IMG/VR virus record: IMGVR_UViG_3300049846_001128
Span: 1-64,000 of that record
Length of the DNA stretch: 64,000 bases
Source: a virus
Strand: one strand, 5' to 3'
Shown here in pieces: positions 48,191 to 57,708 of this stretch. The position numbers and the translations under genes were made by a program. The stretch's first letter is position 1. Every line of letters begins with the position of its first letter. Under the pieces are notes generated by a model. That model was not told the origin of the DNA, ran no database searches, and saw nothing but the letters and a program-made list of their open reading frames with translations.

Positions 48191-49546
48191 ATGAGTAATC
48201 CATTTTTAGATGAATTATTAAAACAACAAAACGTTATTGACGAAGTAGCTTTGGAAGATTATCAACGCAATGCTAACAGTCCAGAAGCTGATAAAAAACA
48301 AATTAACCCATACCTACCGTATGAGGTAAATCCTATGCAGGAAGATGATAGGTCTAATGCTCAGCGACTATCTGATAATATGAAAAGTCCGTTGATGGTT
48401 GCACCTGAGTATTTAGGAAAATTAGGAATAGACGCAATGCCTATACAACAACCAGAGGTTGTCGACAAGCAAACTCCGGCTGTAAATGAACCTAATTTTA
48501 CACAATCTACTAAAGATGGGACTAGTCAACAAGATCAACCACCAAAAATGGATAAAACTGAAATACAGCAAGCCAATGCTACTTTAGACACTTTACCAAT
48601 GTCTCCGCAAGAAAAGCTTTTAGCTGAGTTTAAAGCTATGCAAGAGCGGGATCAAAAAGCCTTGGATGAAGCCCGTTCTTCAGACAGAATGCTTAAGATG
48701 GGCGGAGCTATTGGGGACGCTTTAGCCACAGTTTTGAACGCTCGTGGACAAATGAATGTAAAAGCACCCGGAGCTGGAGTTAAAGAAGGTGCAGGACTTG
48801 GTAAAGTTGCGGATATGTTTCAAACTTCTCCAGAAATTGCTGCTGATTTAAAAAGAAAAAGAGAGGACTTACTCGCTCAATTCAAGACTTTGAAAAACAG
48901 CGGCGAAATGACTCCGTATCAAAAAGCTTATCTTGAAATGAAAATCAGAGATCAAGAATTACGAGAGCAATCTCAGCAAGGAGTGCAAGGCAGACATGAG
49001 GATACTTTAGGTCTTAAACGAGAAGAGAAGGGTCAATTGAGTGATAAAGTTGCTACTTCTTTCGCTGACATGCAAACAGCTAAACAAGAAGCCGCTAGAC
49101 TTCTTCCTAGAGTTAAAGAAGCTGGTCTTGGAATTTTAGGAACTCCTTATCAAAAAGGTAGAGCAGCAATCGGTCTACCTACTAAAGAATTTCAAGCACT
49201 AGAGTCTGACTATGCTGGAATTAGAAACACAATCAGAAATGCATTATTTGGTTCTGCCTTGACTGGACCTGAGATTAGTGCTTTCGAGAAAGAGTTGAAT
49301 GATATTTCAATATCTCAATCAGGATTTGAAGACAACCTTTCTAATTTTATAGACAGAGTTGACCGTAAAATGACCGAAAGAGCTAAAGCTATGGCAAAGG
49401 CTCAGCCTTTGAAAGAAAAAGCTCTTAAGCAGTTTATGGCTCCAGAAAGTAACCAAAACACTGGACCATATGGCGACACTGTTGAAAGAAATGGTAAAAC
49501 TTATAAATGGAACCCAGCGGTTGGTAAATACCAGCCAGTAGGATAA
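48191..49546 (+). CDS. Internal virion / ejection protein
   Basis: Position; helical; RNALFGSALT..E motif. Confidence 0.6.
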   Translation: MSNPFLDELLKQQNVIDEVALEDYQRNANSPEADKKQINPYLPYEVNPMQEDDRSNAQRLSDNMKSPLMVAPEYLGKLGIDAMPIQQPEVVDKQTPAVNEPNFTQSTKDGTSQQDQPPKMDKTEIQQANATLDTLPMSPQEKLLAEFKAMQERDQKALDEARSSDRMLKMGGAIGDALATVLNARGQMNVKAPGAGVKEGAGLGKVADMFQTSPEIAADLKRKREDLLAQFKTLKNSGEMTPYQKAYLEMKIRDQELREQSQQGVQGRHEDTLGLKREEKGQLSDKVATSFADMQTAKQEAARLLPRVKEAGLGILGTPYQKGRAAIGLPTKEFQALESDYAGIRNTIRNALFGSALTGPEISAFEKELNDISISQSGFEDNLSNFIDRVDRKMTERAKAMAKAQPLKEKALKQFMAPESNQNTGPYGDTVERNGKTYKWNPAVGKYQPVG

Positions 49547-49547
49547 T

Positions 49548-51533
49548 ATGGACGATAATTTATTTGACGACGAAAATATCCATCCCCAAGCTTTAGAAAC
49601 AACTCAAGCTATGGACGATTCTTTGTTTGATGATAGTCAAACATTCCAAGAATCTGCGCCACAAGGTTCAGATACTACCATGTCTTACGCTCCAGCAAGA
49701 GTTATAACAGAAACCGTGGCAAAAGCCGGAGCAGCTATTCCCGAGTTGGCTGATAAAGCTCTGACAAAAACTGCGGCAGCATTAGGACCATTTACTGAAG
49801 GTCAGCTTGAACTTGTTAAACAAAATAGAGACCAATTTAAAGCAATTCAGCCACAAGAATCGCTTTCTAAACTGGAAGAATCTTTCCGAGGAATTAACCG
49901 AAATGTTGACGAGCTTGGAAAACAAGCCATTGGTAGTCTTGAACAAGGTCTTACTCCTCAACAGTTGAAAGAAATGGTCGGTCAAACTACTGAGCAATTC
50001 TCAAGACCAGTTAATTTAGAAGACCCAACAATTAAAGCCCAAATGGCGGCAGAAGAGTCTCGACTTACACAAGAGTTTGCGGAAAAAGCTCAGAGAGGAA
50101 TGGAAAAGTCTTCAATTAAACAAGCCCAAGAATTTGCCGCACAGAAAGCAGAAGAGGCTGTTAACCAAGCCAAAGCTGCTAACATGGGAAGTATTTCTGA
50201 CGAAGCTGCGGACGCAATTCGCTCCAGCACCATCGAAACAATCATGGCTGCGCCAGAAAAAGCTGGTTTTAAACCACAACAGACAGAAGAAATGCTCGCT
50301 CAATTTCGTGCTTTAAAAGAAGCTCAAGCTAATATTCCAAAGAAAACAATTGAAAGCCTACAGTCACCACTGGCAAAAACATTTCCTCAGTTAGAGGGAA
50401 GAGTTTTAACAACAGCTAAGCCGAGTGAGTTTACTCGTGCAGCTTCATTACTTCCAGAAGGAACTTTACCTATGACTGGTGAAGAATCTTGGAACATGCT
50501 TCGTCAGCTTAGAGAAGAGGCTTACAAGCCAACTGGTGAAGTTAGTAAAGAAGTGGCGAAAGCTGTAAGTCAGAATGTAAGAAATTATGTCGAGCAAACT
50601 TCTCCGGCTGCTTCTGATTTATTTCGTCAACAAAGCGCAGAGATTGAACGGCTTAAAAAACTTCAGAAAGAAGGTTTGCTTACCCGTGAAAAAGGTATTT
50701 CAAAACACGCACCAGAGTCTGTAAAAGTTGGAGAGAAAGAAGCCAAGAGATTGTTCAACGACATGCTTGGTGGAAAGGTTCAATTGACTGATGATGTTGC
50801 CCAAAAGATTGCCGTTCTTAGAGAAAATATTGATCCTAAATTGTTTGATGAACTAAGACTTGCCGCAATCAAAGCCGCAGCAGAAGACCCAACAAAAGCT
50901 TTTAACATTAAACCGTTTGAAGCGGTTATGGGTTTAAGTGGAATTGGTTCTTTACCAACAGCTGGATATATGGGAGTTAAGTACGCAAAAACGCCAGAAG
51001 GTGCTTTAAAAATTGGTGACTTAGTAAATACCGTTTCTAGTGCAATTCCAGCGGGGATTAAATCTGCAGCAAAGACTACAGGAAAAGTTTTAGGAGAAGC
51101 TTTGCCAATTCTAGGAGCCGGAGCCGGAGCAGCAATGGGCTATCAAGAGGCTACCGAGGCTGGTTTTGACCCTTGGGAAAAAGCCGCCTATACAGCGTTT
51201 GAAGCCGTAAACCCGGTTCCAGTGTCTGGGATTGAAATGGCTAAACAGTATCAAAAGAGTAGCCAAACTACATCAAAAGCTAATATTAATGACTATAGCG
51301 CACAGTTTAGAACTCCAGACTATAGATTCAAGTCAACAGACAGTGCCAATATGCAAAACTTAGCAGATAGATTGGCTGAGTTCCAAGGTAATAAAGCTGC
51401 CCAAATGTGGGCTAAAGAATTATCAGACGTTTCCACTCAGTCAGAGGCGCAAAAAGACGCTACACTGGCAAGACTTAACCAGTTGAAAGAGTTCAGAGAG
51501 CTTGTGAGAAGAACCAAGGGGATTAAAGAGTGA
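49548..51533 (+). CDS. Internal virion / ejection protein
   Basis: Helical, with Gly-rich ALPILGAGAGAAMG segment. Confidence 0.6.
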   Translation: MDDNLFDDENIHPQALETTQAMDDSLFDDSQTFQESAPQGSDTTMSYAPARVITETVAKAGAAIPELADKALTKTAAALGPFTEGQLELVKQNRDQFKAIQPQESLSKLEESFRGINRNVDELGKQAIGSLEQGLTPQQLKEMVGQTTEQFSRPVNLEDPTIKAQMAAEESRLTQEFAEKAQRGMEKSSIKQAQEFAAQKAEEAVNQAKAANMGSISDEAADAIRSSTIETIMAAPEKAGFKPQQTEEMLAQFRALKEAQANIPKKTIESLQSPLAKTFPQLEGRVLTTAKPSEFTRAASLLPEGTLPMTGEESWNMLRQLREEAYKPTGEVSKEVAKAVSQNVRNYVEQTSPAASDLFRQQSAEIERLKKLQKEGLLTREKGISKHAPESVKVGEKEAKRLFNDMLGGKVQLTDDVAQKIAVLRENIDPKLFDELRLAAIKAAAEDPTKAFNIKPFEAVMGLSGIGSLPTAGYMGVKYAKTPEGALKIGDLVNTVSSAIPAGIKSAAKTTGKVLGEALPILGAGAGAAMGYQEATEAGFDPWEKAAYTAFEAVNPVPVSGIEMAKQYQKSSQTTSKANINDYSAQFRTPDYRFKSTDSANMQNLADRLAEFQGNKAAQMWAKELSDVSTQSEAQKDATLARLNQLKEFRELVRRTKGIKE

Positions 51534-52156
51534 AAAATCTGCTTGACGCTTTAAAACAAATGGACGAAATGCCTCAAGACAACTATGTTGAGGCTCCACA
51601 AGCCCCAATTGAGTCTGGAGTTGACTGGAAAACTATTGATCAGTTTGAAGGTGGAAATCAGCAAAAGGGCTACGTCCCAAAATCTGGCAAGTCTGGCGTT
51701 ACTGTTTCTACAGGTTTTGATGTAGGGCAAAGACAGAACTTAGAAGGTCTTTCTCCAGAGGTTCAAGTCAAACTACAGCCGTTTGTAGGAGCAAAAAGGG
51801 ATGAAGCTCAAAGAAGATTAGCTAGTATGGGAGGAGTTGAATTAACTCCAGAGCAAGCCCAAGAAGTAGCCGGTTTTGCTAAGAATGAAACAGAGCAGAA
51901 AATGAGAGATGAGTGGGCAAAAATGTCTGATATTCCTTTTGACAGCCTTACTCCTGCTCAGAAAACAGTTATGGCGAGTATTATACACCAGTACGGCACT
52001 TTTAAACGCGCACCAAGATTTTCCCAGTTTGCAGGAAAAGGTCAGTGGGAAAAAGTTGTTAACGAGCTTAGAAATTTTAATGATGAATATAAGACAAGAA
52101 GAAACCGAGAGGCGGATTATTTGCAAAAGTCCTTAAACAAGTTGGCTAAAAATTAA
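51530..52156 (+). CDS. Pesticin-like (T4-lysozyme fold) muramidase, probably virion-associated
   Basis: FEGG..GYVP..SGVTVSTGFDVGQ...QYG...RRNREA. Confidence 0.8.
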   Translation: MKNLLDALKQMDEMPQDNYVEAPQAPIESGVDWKTIDQFEGGNQQKGYVPKSGKSGVTVSTGFDVGQRQNLEGLSPEVQVKLQPFVGAKRDEAQRRLASMGGVELTPEQAQEVAGFAKNETEQKMRDEWAKMSDIPFDSLTPAQKTVMASIIHQYGTFKRAPRFSQFAGKGQWEKVVNELRNFNDEYKTRRNREADYLQKSLNKLAKN

Positions 52157-52166
52157 AAGGTGAGTT

Positions 52167-52436
52167 ATGTCTGAAAGAATTAAGAATCTCGAAGAAAAAG
52201 TTGACAAAGTTGATGAGAAGCTGGAGAAGATCGTAGAGAAGATTAGTGCTATTGACGTAACGTTAGCTGTAAACACAGAATCCTTAGTGGAACATATTAA
52301 GCGCACAAACTTGCTTGAGCAAGAACTAAAGCCAGTTTCAAAGCACGTAGCAATGATGGAAGGAGCTTTTAAAGTTATTGGAATACTGGCTTCAGTCGCT
52401 GCTTTCGCCGCCGGTATTGCTAAGATGTTCTTTTAA
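52167..52436 (+). CDS. Coiled-coil protein with C-terminal TM (XhlA/holin-like)
   Basis: Heptad N-terminus, hydrophobic C-terminus, follows the lysozyme gene. Confidence 0.55.
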   Translation: MSERIKNLEEKVDKVDEKLEKIVEKISAIDVTLAVNTESLVEHIKRTNLLEQELKPVSKHVAMMEGAFKVIGILASVAAFAAGIAKMFF

Positions 52437-52556
52437 ACCATATAATAAAAAGATTGGAATAACAGCAAAAGCCGCAGTCATTTCTGCAAAGCTATCCAAA
52501 ACAGCCATTGCTCTTAAGCATAAAAAAATTCCAACAATCGCTATAAAAATTCTCAT
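52392..52556 (-). CDS. Small membrane protein
   Basis: Read manually: MRIFIAIVGIFLCLRAMAVLDSF...; ATGA overlap with upstream gene. Confidence 0.45.
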   Translation of the reverse strand: MRIFIAIVGIFLCLRAMAVLDSFAEMTAAFAVIPIFLLYGLKEHLSNTGGESSD

Positions 52557-52903
52557 TTTTTCCAACCTCTACATTCATCCAACCATTTTTGTTTTGCTTT
52601 GTTATAATTATCTACAAAATTCTCATCAAATTTTATCTCAGGAAACAAGACTCCATCGTAATATTCATCACCCTCCGAACCATACTCAAAGGTAATACTA
52701 CAAAGATGTAGAATACTTTGCCCACTCAATTGAGGATTTTTTTTAGTAGAATACCACTTACCTTCGATATACATATCACCTCCTCCATCATAATACCAAG
52801 GGAGAGAGTCTAGGTATATCCTATTAGACCCTTCTATAAAAACTTCACAATCTCCATACTTTTTCTGTTCTTCCAGTAGACTAATTAGTTCTGAAATTTT
52901 CAC
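52553..52903 (-). CDS. Hypothetical protein
   Basis: MKISELISLLEEQKKYGDCEV is a common phage N-terminus. Confidence 0.65.
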   Translation of the reverse strand: MKISELISLLEEQKKYGDCEVFIEGSNRIYLDSLPWYYDGGGDMYIEGKWYSTKKNPQLSGQSILHLCSITFEYGSEGDEYYDGVLFPEIKFDENFVDNYNKAKQKWLDECRGWKK

Positions 52904-53449
52904 CTATTCCTCACTCTCTGTAATTAAATCCTCAATCTCTGTGTCGGACTTTTCTTCCATATTATGAAACTCTTGCAAATCTTCATAACTCAGGTAATTG
53001 TACTCTCTTTTTATCTTATTTTCAACATCAAACCCGCGCTTATAATCGTCCGAATTAATATCTTTTTGCTGCCAAAATCCGTGTAAATTGCCAAGTTTTT
53101 TAGTAACCTTGTCAAAGTCTTCGATTAAGTTCTCAACCTCAACCGGATAAAATCCATTCTCTTCAAAAAATTCTTGATTATCAGCAAGTAAAGCGTTTAT
53201 TTTCTTAAACAATGCTTTAGACTCTTCACTTGTCTTAAACGTAGCGTGATGATATTCCTTGTAAAAATTAGCCAAGTATTTTTTCTCATGCTCATTCATA
53301 GCTCGAATCAAGATATTTCCTTCGTGATCTCTAACCCCGTCTTGGTAATCAGAGTCCATGAATTCTCTACGTTTCGTCCTCGACCCGCTCTTCGATAGAT
53401 GGCGAAATTCTTTTTTGTGCTTCTTTTTTACCCCAGTATTGTCTGTCAT
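52904..53449 (-). CDS. Hypothetical protein
   Basis: ORF track. Confidence 0.65.
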   Translation of the reverse strand: MTDNTGVKKKHKKEFRHLSKSGSRTKRREFMDSDYQDGVRDHEGNILIRAMNEHEKKYLANFYKEYHHATFKTSEESKALFKKINALLADNQEFFEENGFYPVEVENLIEDFDKVTKKLGNLHGFWQQKDINSDDYKRGFDVENKIKREYNYLSYEDLQEFHNMEEKSDTEIEDLITESEE

Positions 53450-53780
53450 ATAACTCCGCTTGCTTTAAAATTTCCTCGTTAACATCAAAAATTCCCTCCT
53501 TAATCATGTAAAATCTCTGCTTTCCGTGTCGATAATCTGGTAAATGCTTTCCAAAAGTTTGGAAGAAAGTAATTTTCTTAGCCTTACCCTTCTCCTGATC
53601 CAACTTCCAAATTCTTCGATAAACGTAAAAGATTAGATAGTTTGGAACAGCGTGAGTGCCAGCTTCAATTCCCATATCTTGGATAAAGTTCATGACACTC
53701 TTGTTATCTTCGGGAGCCTTCCTTCCGGTTGACTCCCTTGATTGAACTAACTTAAGCAATTCTTCAATTGACTTACTCAT
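53367..53780 (-). CDS. Hypothetical protein (possibly winged-helix)
   Basis: ORF track. Confidence 0.6.
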   Translation of the reverse strand: MSKSIEELLKLVQSRESTGRKAPEDNKSVMNFIQDMGIEAGTHAVPNYLIFYVYRRIWKLDQEKGKAKKITFFQTFGKHLPDYRHGKQRFYMIKEGIFDVNEEILKQAELYDRQYWGKKEAQKRISPSIEERVEDET

Positions 53781-54550
53781 TAGAACTCCAGTTTTACCTG
53801 ACGAGTGGCTCGTTTAATAGCTCTTGCGCCAATGCTATTTCCCGCGATTTTCTTACCATTCAGCGAAAAGCCAATCGGCATAGAAATTAGTGGGCATTTT
53901 GAGTACTCAACGCTAGCAGGTCCAAAGATTGTGGCAACGTCCTCAGTGTAAGTTCCAGAGAGAGATTTGTCGCAGATTACAGAAGCAACTTCATCGGCAT
54001 GTTTTTGATTAACAGCGGCTTGTCCACCAATCCAAAGCTCATTAATAATAGCGTTCTGGTAAGCTTCTACAGACATTCCGACTCTCTTAGCAGCCTTTAC
54101 ATTCATTTCATCAAGCACATCCTGAATCATTTTCAGGCGTTGGTTGGCTTCTCCCGGCACTTGTCCAGAAAGACCTGAGATAGCACCTCGGTGAGACATA
54201 AGCATTCCAGAAGAAATAATGTAACGTTTTCCAAGCTCTTGAGTAATTTGGTAGCCCATTGATGCGGCAAAAATTACAACAGTGTGAACTGGGCGATCAA
54301 GGCTCTTCACAAAGTCAATAAAGTTATTCCCAGCCATAACAGAACCGCCGGGAGTGTCTAGTACTAAATAAATAGGTTGAGTTTTAGGAAGGGCTTGGTG
54401 CTTGATTAGAATTTCAAGTTGCTTCTTAGCAACGTAGTCTTCTTTCACTGGCTGGTTAAAAGCCACTGAGTTATTTTCAGACAAAGTAATAGTAGCCGAG
54501 TTGGCGTTTAGTGATGCAGCAAGAAAAGCTGCGGTAACGAATTTAAACAT
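53780..54550 (-). CDS. ClpP-family (S14) serine protease with N-terminal signal peptide
   Basis: LDTPGGSV, AASMG (Ser), LMSH (His); MFKFVTAAFLAASLNANSA signal-like leader. Confidence 0.8.
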   Translation of the reverse strand: MFKFVTAAFLAASLNANSATITLSENNSVAFNQPVKEDYVAKKQLEILIKHQALPKTQPIYLVLDTPGGSVMAGNNFIDFVKSLDRPVHTVVIFAASMGYQITQELGKRYIISSGMLMSHRGAISGLSGQVPGEANQRLKMIQDVLDEMNVKAAKRVGMSVEAYQNAIINELWIGGQAAVNQKHADEVASVICDKSLSGTYTEDVATIFGPASVEYSKCPLISMPIGFSLNGKKIAGNSIGARAIKRATRQVKLEF

Positions 54551-54578
54551 AAATCTCCAAAGTTAATGTGTTAGTTAC

Positions 54579-54607
54579 ACAATATCAAATGGAAATTATT
54601 TTGTCAA
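54579..54607 (-). promoter_or_regulatory. sigma70 promoter
   Basis: TTGACA-17-(TG)TATTGT upstream of the ClpP-like gene. Confidence 0.6.
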
Positions 54608-54609
54608 CA

Positions 54610-54969
54610 TTATTTTTTAAATATTTTAAGAAAACTGTTTTTATCAGAAGCCACAGACTCGTAACCTGAATTATTAATAGCTTGTATTGATTTAACCTTA
54701 TAAGGCTGGTCTTCAAAAAAGTTTACAATAAATCCAGTATAAAGTCTACCATTAGGATAAATAGGGTAAGTAGCTAGAAACTCTTCCTTTGTAAAATTTC
54801 CCCAAAATACTAACTCAGACATATCCCATTTTTCAGGACTACGCCTTCTTTTGGCTTTAAAACTAAAATAAGCCTCATAAATTATATAACAAGGCGTGTA
54901 TACAAAAAATAAAAATAAAAAAATATAAGCAATAAAATTAATCATAAGTTTATTTTTTACAAGGTCCAA
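54610..54969 (-). CDS. Membrane-anchored hypothetical protein
   Basis: N-terminal TM segment. Confidence 0.55.
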   Translation of the reverse strand: MDLVKNKLMINFIAYIFLFLFFVYTPCYIIYEAYFSFKAKRRRSPEKWDMSELVFWGNFTKEEFLATYPIYPNGRLYTGFIVNFFEDQPYKVKSIQAINNSGYESVASDKNSFLKIFKK

Positions 54970-55264
54970 CTAAAACGATTTTTTCAGTAAATCCGCCACG
55001 TTGGCTAAACTTTTTTTCTCTAGCTTCAAACACAGATTCTTCAAATCCATGAGCTTTACACACTGCAGCAAATACCTCAAGAACATCTGCTAGCTCTTCA
55101 AGCAAGTTTTCTGGAGAAGCTGATAAAACTTCGTTGGCCTCTTCCACAAGCTTTTCTTTTAAAAGCTGCAAATATTCAGATTGCTCAGCAATGTAAGTGT
55201 CCATAGCTCTGCCTTCTTTTTCTAAAACCATGGCAGGAAGTTTATCTCGAATAAGTTTTTTCAT
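54950..55264 (-). CDS. MazG-like / phosphoribosyl-ATP pyrophosphohydrolase-like NTP pyrophosphatase
   Basis: KLIRDKLP..KLVEEANE..EELADVLEV..RGGF. Confidence 0.85.
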   Translation of the reverse strand: MKKLIRDKLPAMVLEKEGRAMDTYIAEQSEYLQLLKEKLVEEANEVLSASPENLLEELADVLEVFAAVCKAHGFEESVFEAREKKFSQRGGFTEKIVLVGPCKK

Positions 55265-55476
55265 ACAAGTGCCTTAAGTAGTGGAGTTAATAATATAAAT
55301 GCGTCTTCTTCCAGCTGTTTACAATTATCATATAGTCTTTCAGAGTAACCATAGTGTCCTCCAAAGTCAATGAAAACTCTATAGCCGCCATCATTGGTAA
55401 CTTCCGATATTTCAGCAAAGTCAGGAATTTGCTCGTGGTAGTAGCGAATGAATTTATCGCCAAGTTTGTACTTCAA
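55261..55476 (-). CDS. SH3/KOW-like small protein, C-terminal tag family (..LTPLLKALV)
   Basis: ORF track. Confidence 0.7.
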   Translation of the reverse strand: MKYKLGDKFIRYYHEQIPDFAEISEVTNDGGYRVFIDFGGHYGYSERLYDNCKQLEEDAFILLTPLLKALV

Positions 55477-55652
55477 AATAAAGCCTTCGTTAAATCCGTT
55501 AGTTTCACAACTTCACTTGGTCGGCATTTATAGATACAGTCATAAAAAGTAACGTAAGTAGGAGTTACTTCCTTAATTGTATAAACCTTGCCTTCAAATA
55601 CACTATAACTAGGAACTATAACTTCGTCGCCAACTTTAATTTCTTTTTCCAT
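55473..55652 (-). CDS. SH3/KOW-like small protein, C-terminal tag family (..LTDLTKALF)
   Basis: Read manually: MEKEIKVGDEVIVPSYSVFEGKVYTIKEVTPTYVTFYDCIYKCRPSEVVKLTDLTKALF. Confidence 0.75.
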   Translation of the reverse strand: MEKEIKVGDEVIVPSYSVFEGKVYTIKEVTPTYVTFYDCIYKCRPSEVVKLTDLTKALF

Positions 55653-56020
55653 TCATTCCTCTGGGCATTTTCCGCCAGTGTTTTACTTAAATGGCAACCA
55701 GACTTACACAAAGCCTGTAAGTTATCTTCGCCGCAGAATAGTCTTTTAAAATGCACGTTCCAGTCTCTGTTGCCTTGCACATCTAAAGGCACAACTGGGT
55801 CAATATGATCGACCTCAATCTTGTCTACAATAGCTGTAGGATGGTCTAACTTTATAACGTCGATAGACCTTGCTCCAGAGTAGACAATTTGCCCACAACC
55901 TTCACACTTATAAAGTTCAGGTCCGATCTTTGCTCTTGCCTTTACGTTTTTTATCGGTTGCCACTGCCTCGCTAGTTTCCTCAAGGCTGTGTCCACCTTC
56001 GCTTGAAATCTTTTGTCCAC
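55616..56020 (-). CDS. HNH endonuclease
   Basis: YKCEGC..VDHIDPV..NLQALCKSGCHLSKT. Confidence 0.8.
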   Translation of the reverse strand: MDKRFQAKVDTALRKLARQWQPIKNVKARAKIGPELYKCEGCGQIVYSGARSIDVIKLDHPTAIVDKIEVDHIDPVVPLDVQGNRDWNVHFKRLFCGEDNLQALCKSGCHLSKTLAENAQRNEWKKKLKLATKL

Positions 56021-56303
56021 GGAATATTTCCTTCATTAAGTCTTTTTTAAGAACTGTTAAGCCAACTTGATTGAGCTGATCAAAAGCATCAACCTGCGGC
56101 AAAGTGTTATCGCCATACCTGTGCCATTCGCCTTGCACACAAATATAGTATGTGCCAGCTTGGTCTTGTAACAACGCTCCAGCATTAAAGGCTAGCATGG
56201 TGGCTTTAACTGGAACAATCATAAAAGTGTTGGCAGAATCGGACGGATGTCCGTTCAAAACTATCTCCAAGCTTGTTTTAACGGCTCTTATTGGTCTTTT
56301 CAC
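55917..56303 (-). CDS. Hypothetical protein
   Basis: GTG start at 56303 with GGAG RBS; long overlap with the HNH gene. Confidence 0.45.
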   Translation of the reverse strand: MKRPIRAVKTSLEIVLNGHPSDSANTFMIVPVKATMLAFNAGALLQDQAGTYYICVQGEWHRYGDNTLPQVDAFDQLNQVGLTVLKKDLMKEIFRGQKISSEGGHSLEETSEAVATDKKRKGKSKDRT

Positions 56304-56676
56304 GCTTTTCTCCAAGTTGGTAATGCCTAATGGCTTGTTGAATTTCTTTAACAGAAGTAAACTCCACTCTACTTTCCGCAAACAAAGTACACTCTAGGTT
56401 ATAATAGTATGTGTTAATTCCAGACTCTCGCTCAAGTTGATCGCAAAAATACTCAAACTGAGCTTGCCTTTCTTTTCGCTCATTCTCTCTTTCTAAGTAG
56501 TTCAAATATTTAGTTCTTTTATCCAGTATAGTAACGTTATTATCAAGAGCTATTCCTAGCACTATAGTTGAGATAAAGAAGCAAATAAATAAACCACCGA
56601 AAAAATTTGCAGCTTCATCACAATTTTTTAACCGTTGCTCTAAATTTTTAATAATGTCATCTTTTGTCTTTTTCAT
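56278..56676 (-). CDS. Membrane-anchored hypothetical protein
   Basis: One TM segment. Confidence 0.6.
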   Translation of the reverse strand: MKKTKDDIIKNLEQRLKNCDEAANFFGGLFICFFISTIVLGIALDNNVTILDKRTKYLNYLERENERKERQAQFEYFCDQLERESGINTYYYNLECTLFAESRVEFTSVKEIQQAIRHYQLGEKREKTNKSR

Positions 56677-56942
56677 TTTTTCCTCATCGCTCTATAGCCA
56701 CAGGCTGATTCGCAAAGCTCCAAAGTACCAACTGGTAATTCAGACTCTTTAACTTTTGCGCCACACTTAGGGCATTCTTTATGTTGAGGCTTTACCAACT
56801 TTGGTTTTGCCACTGGTTCTTTTTTATCATGTTTTTCAACTTCACGTAACTTCTTTTTTAACTTAGCAATTTCATTTTTTAAATCAGCTATTTCTCGTTC
56901 CAAAGCGTATTCATGCTCTAAATTTGCTTTGCGGCGGCTCAT
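56673..56942 (-). CDS. Coiled-coil plus zinc-ribbon protein
   Basis: CPKCG..CESACGY; start at MSRRK. Confidence 0.65.
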   Translation of the reverse strand: MSRRKANLEHEYALEREIADLKNEIAKLKKKLREVEKHDKKEPVAKPKLVKPQHKECPKCGAKVKESELPVGTLELCESACGYRAMRKK

Positions 56943-57202
56943 CCTAGTCCTTTGTTGAATCTGTGATTGTGTTTCTTGACGCAGTAATCTGAACAATAAA
57001 CCACTGCTGTTCCAGAATTAGACTCATAAATAAATCTATCAGTGTGTAAGTAGCTATAAATAGTAAAAGCTGCATCTTTAATTCCTAATGGTGCAATCTC
57101 AGGCTGGTTGAATACTTTGCCACATTTTGAACAAGTTACAACTCCAGAAAGTCTGATGCTAGGAGCTTGATTGGATACTTTTCCTTCTAATATTTTGCTC
57201 AT
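56939..57202 (-). CDS. Zinc-binding hypothetical protein
   Basis: CSKCG..YCSDYC. Confidence 0.6.
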   Translation of the reverse strand: MSKILEGKVSNQAPSIRLSGVVTCSKCGKVFNQPEIAPLGIKDAAFTIYSYLHTDRFIYESNSGTAVVYCSDYCVKKHNHRFNKGLG

Positions 57203-57708
57203 TTAAATTTATACCCCTGTTCGTCAATTCTATGCTCTTCAAATCTTACCTTACCTTCAGAAATTAGTCTACGAATATTTCTCTGATTCTCACTTAATTG
57301 AGAAGTACCCATTTTCATTTCAATAAAAACAATGGATTCGTCGCCAAAATAAATGTAGTCCACGGGCTGGAATAAGGGCTTAAGCTTTTTATAATCATAA
57401 GGAAATTCAGCGTGGAATGGTAAAACTTGCTCAGATATTTGCCCAAGTCTTACAGCCTTACTTTGCTGCTCCCCTTTGAGTTTTTCAAAGTTGGCAGAAG
57501 TTTGTTCTAGTTTGTGAATAAGAGAATTGATTTCAGCCTCTTTTTTGTCTACAACCTCTCTGAAATGACTCATAGGAATTGTAGTTCCGGGCTGAGGAAT
57601 TTGCCTCATTAACTCAGCCATTTGTTGAGCCTGATCTGGCTTAGCCGAAAAGAAATGCGTATATAAGGCGTAAATTAATAAGATAACTATAGCAATCGTG
57701 CTAATCAT
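57199..57708 (-). CDS. Holliday-junction-resolvase-like PD-(D/E)xK nuclease (Endonuc_Holl family)
   Basis: GQISEQVLPF..PVDYIYF..FIEMK..QLSENQR; N-terminal TM. Confidence 0.8.
   Translation of the reverse strand: MISTIAIVILLIYALYTHFFSAKPDQAQQMAELMRQIPQPGTTIPMSHFREVVDKKEAEINSLIHKLEQTSANFEKLKGEQQSKAVRLGQISEQVLPFHAEFPYDYKKLKPLFQPVDYIYFGDESIVFIEMKMGTSQLSENQRNIRRLISEGKVRFEEHRIDEQGYKFK

Noticed and set aside
13367-52136. Numerous short antisense or alternate-frame ORFs within structural genes
   Set aside because: Shadow ORFs of long codon-biased genes, without RBS or motifs.
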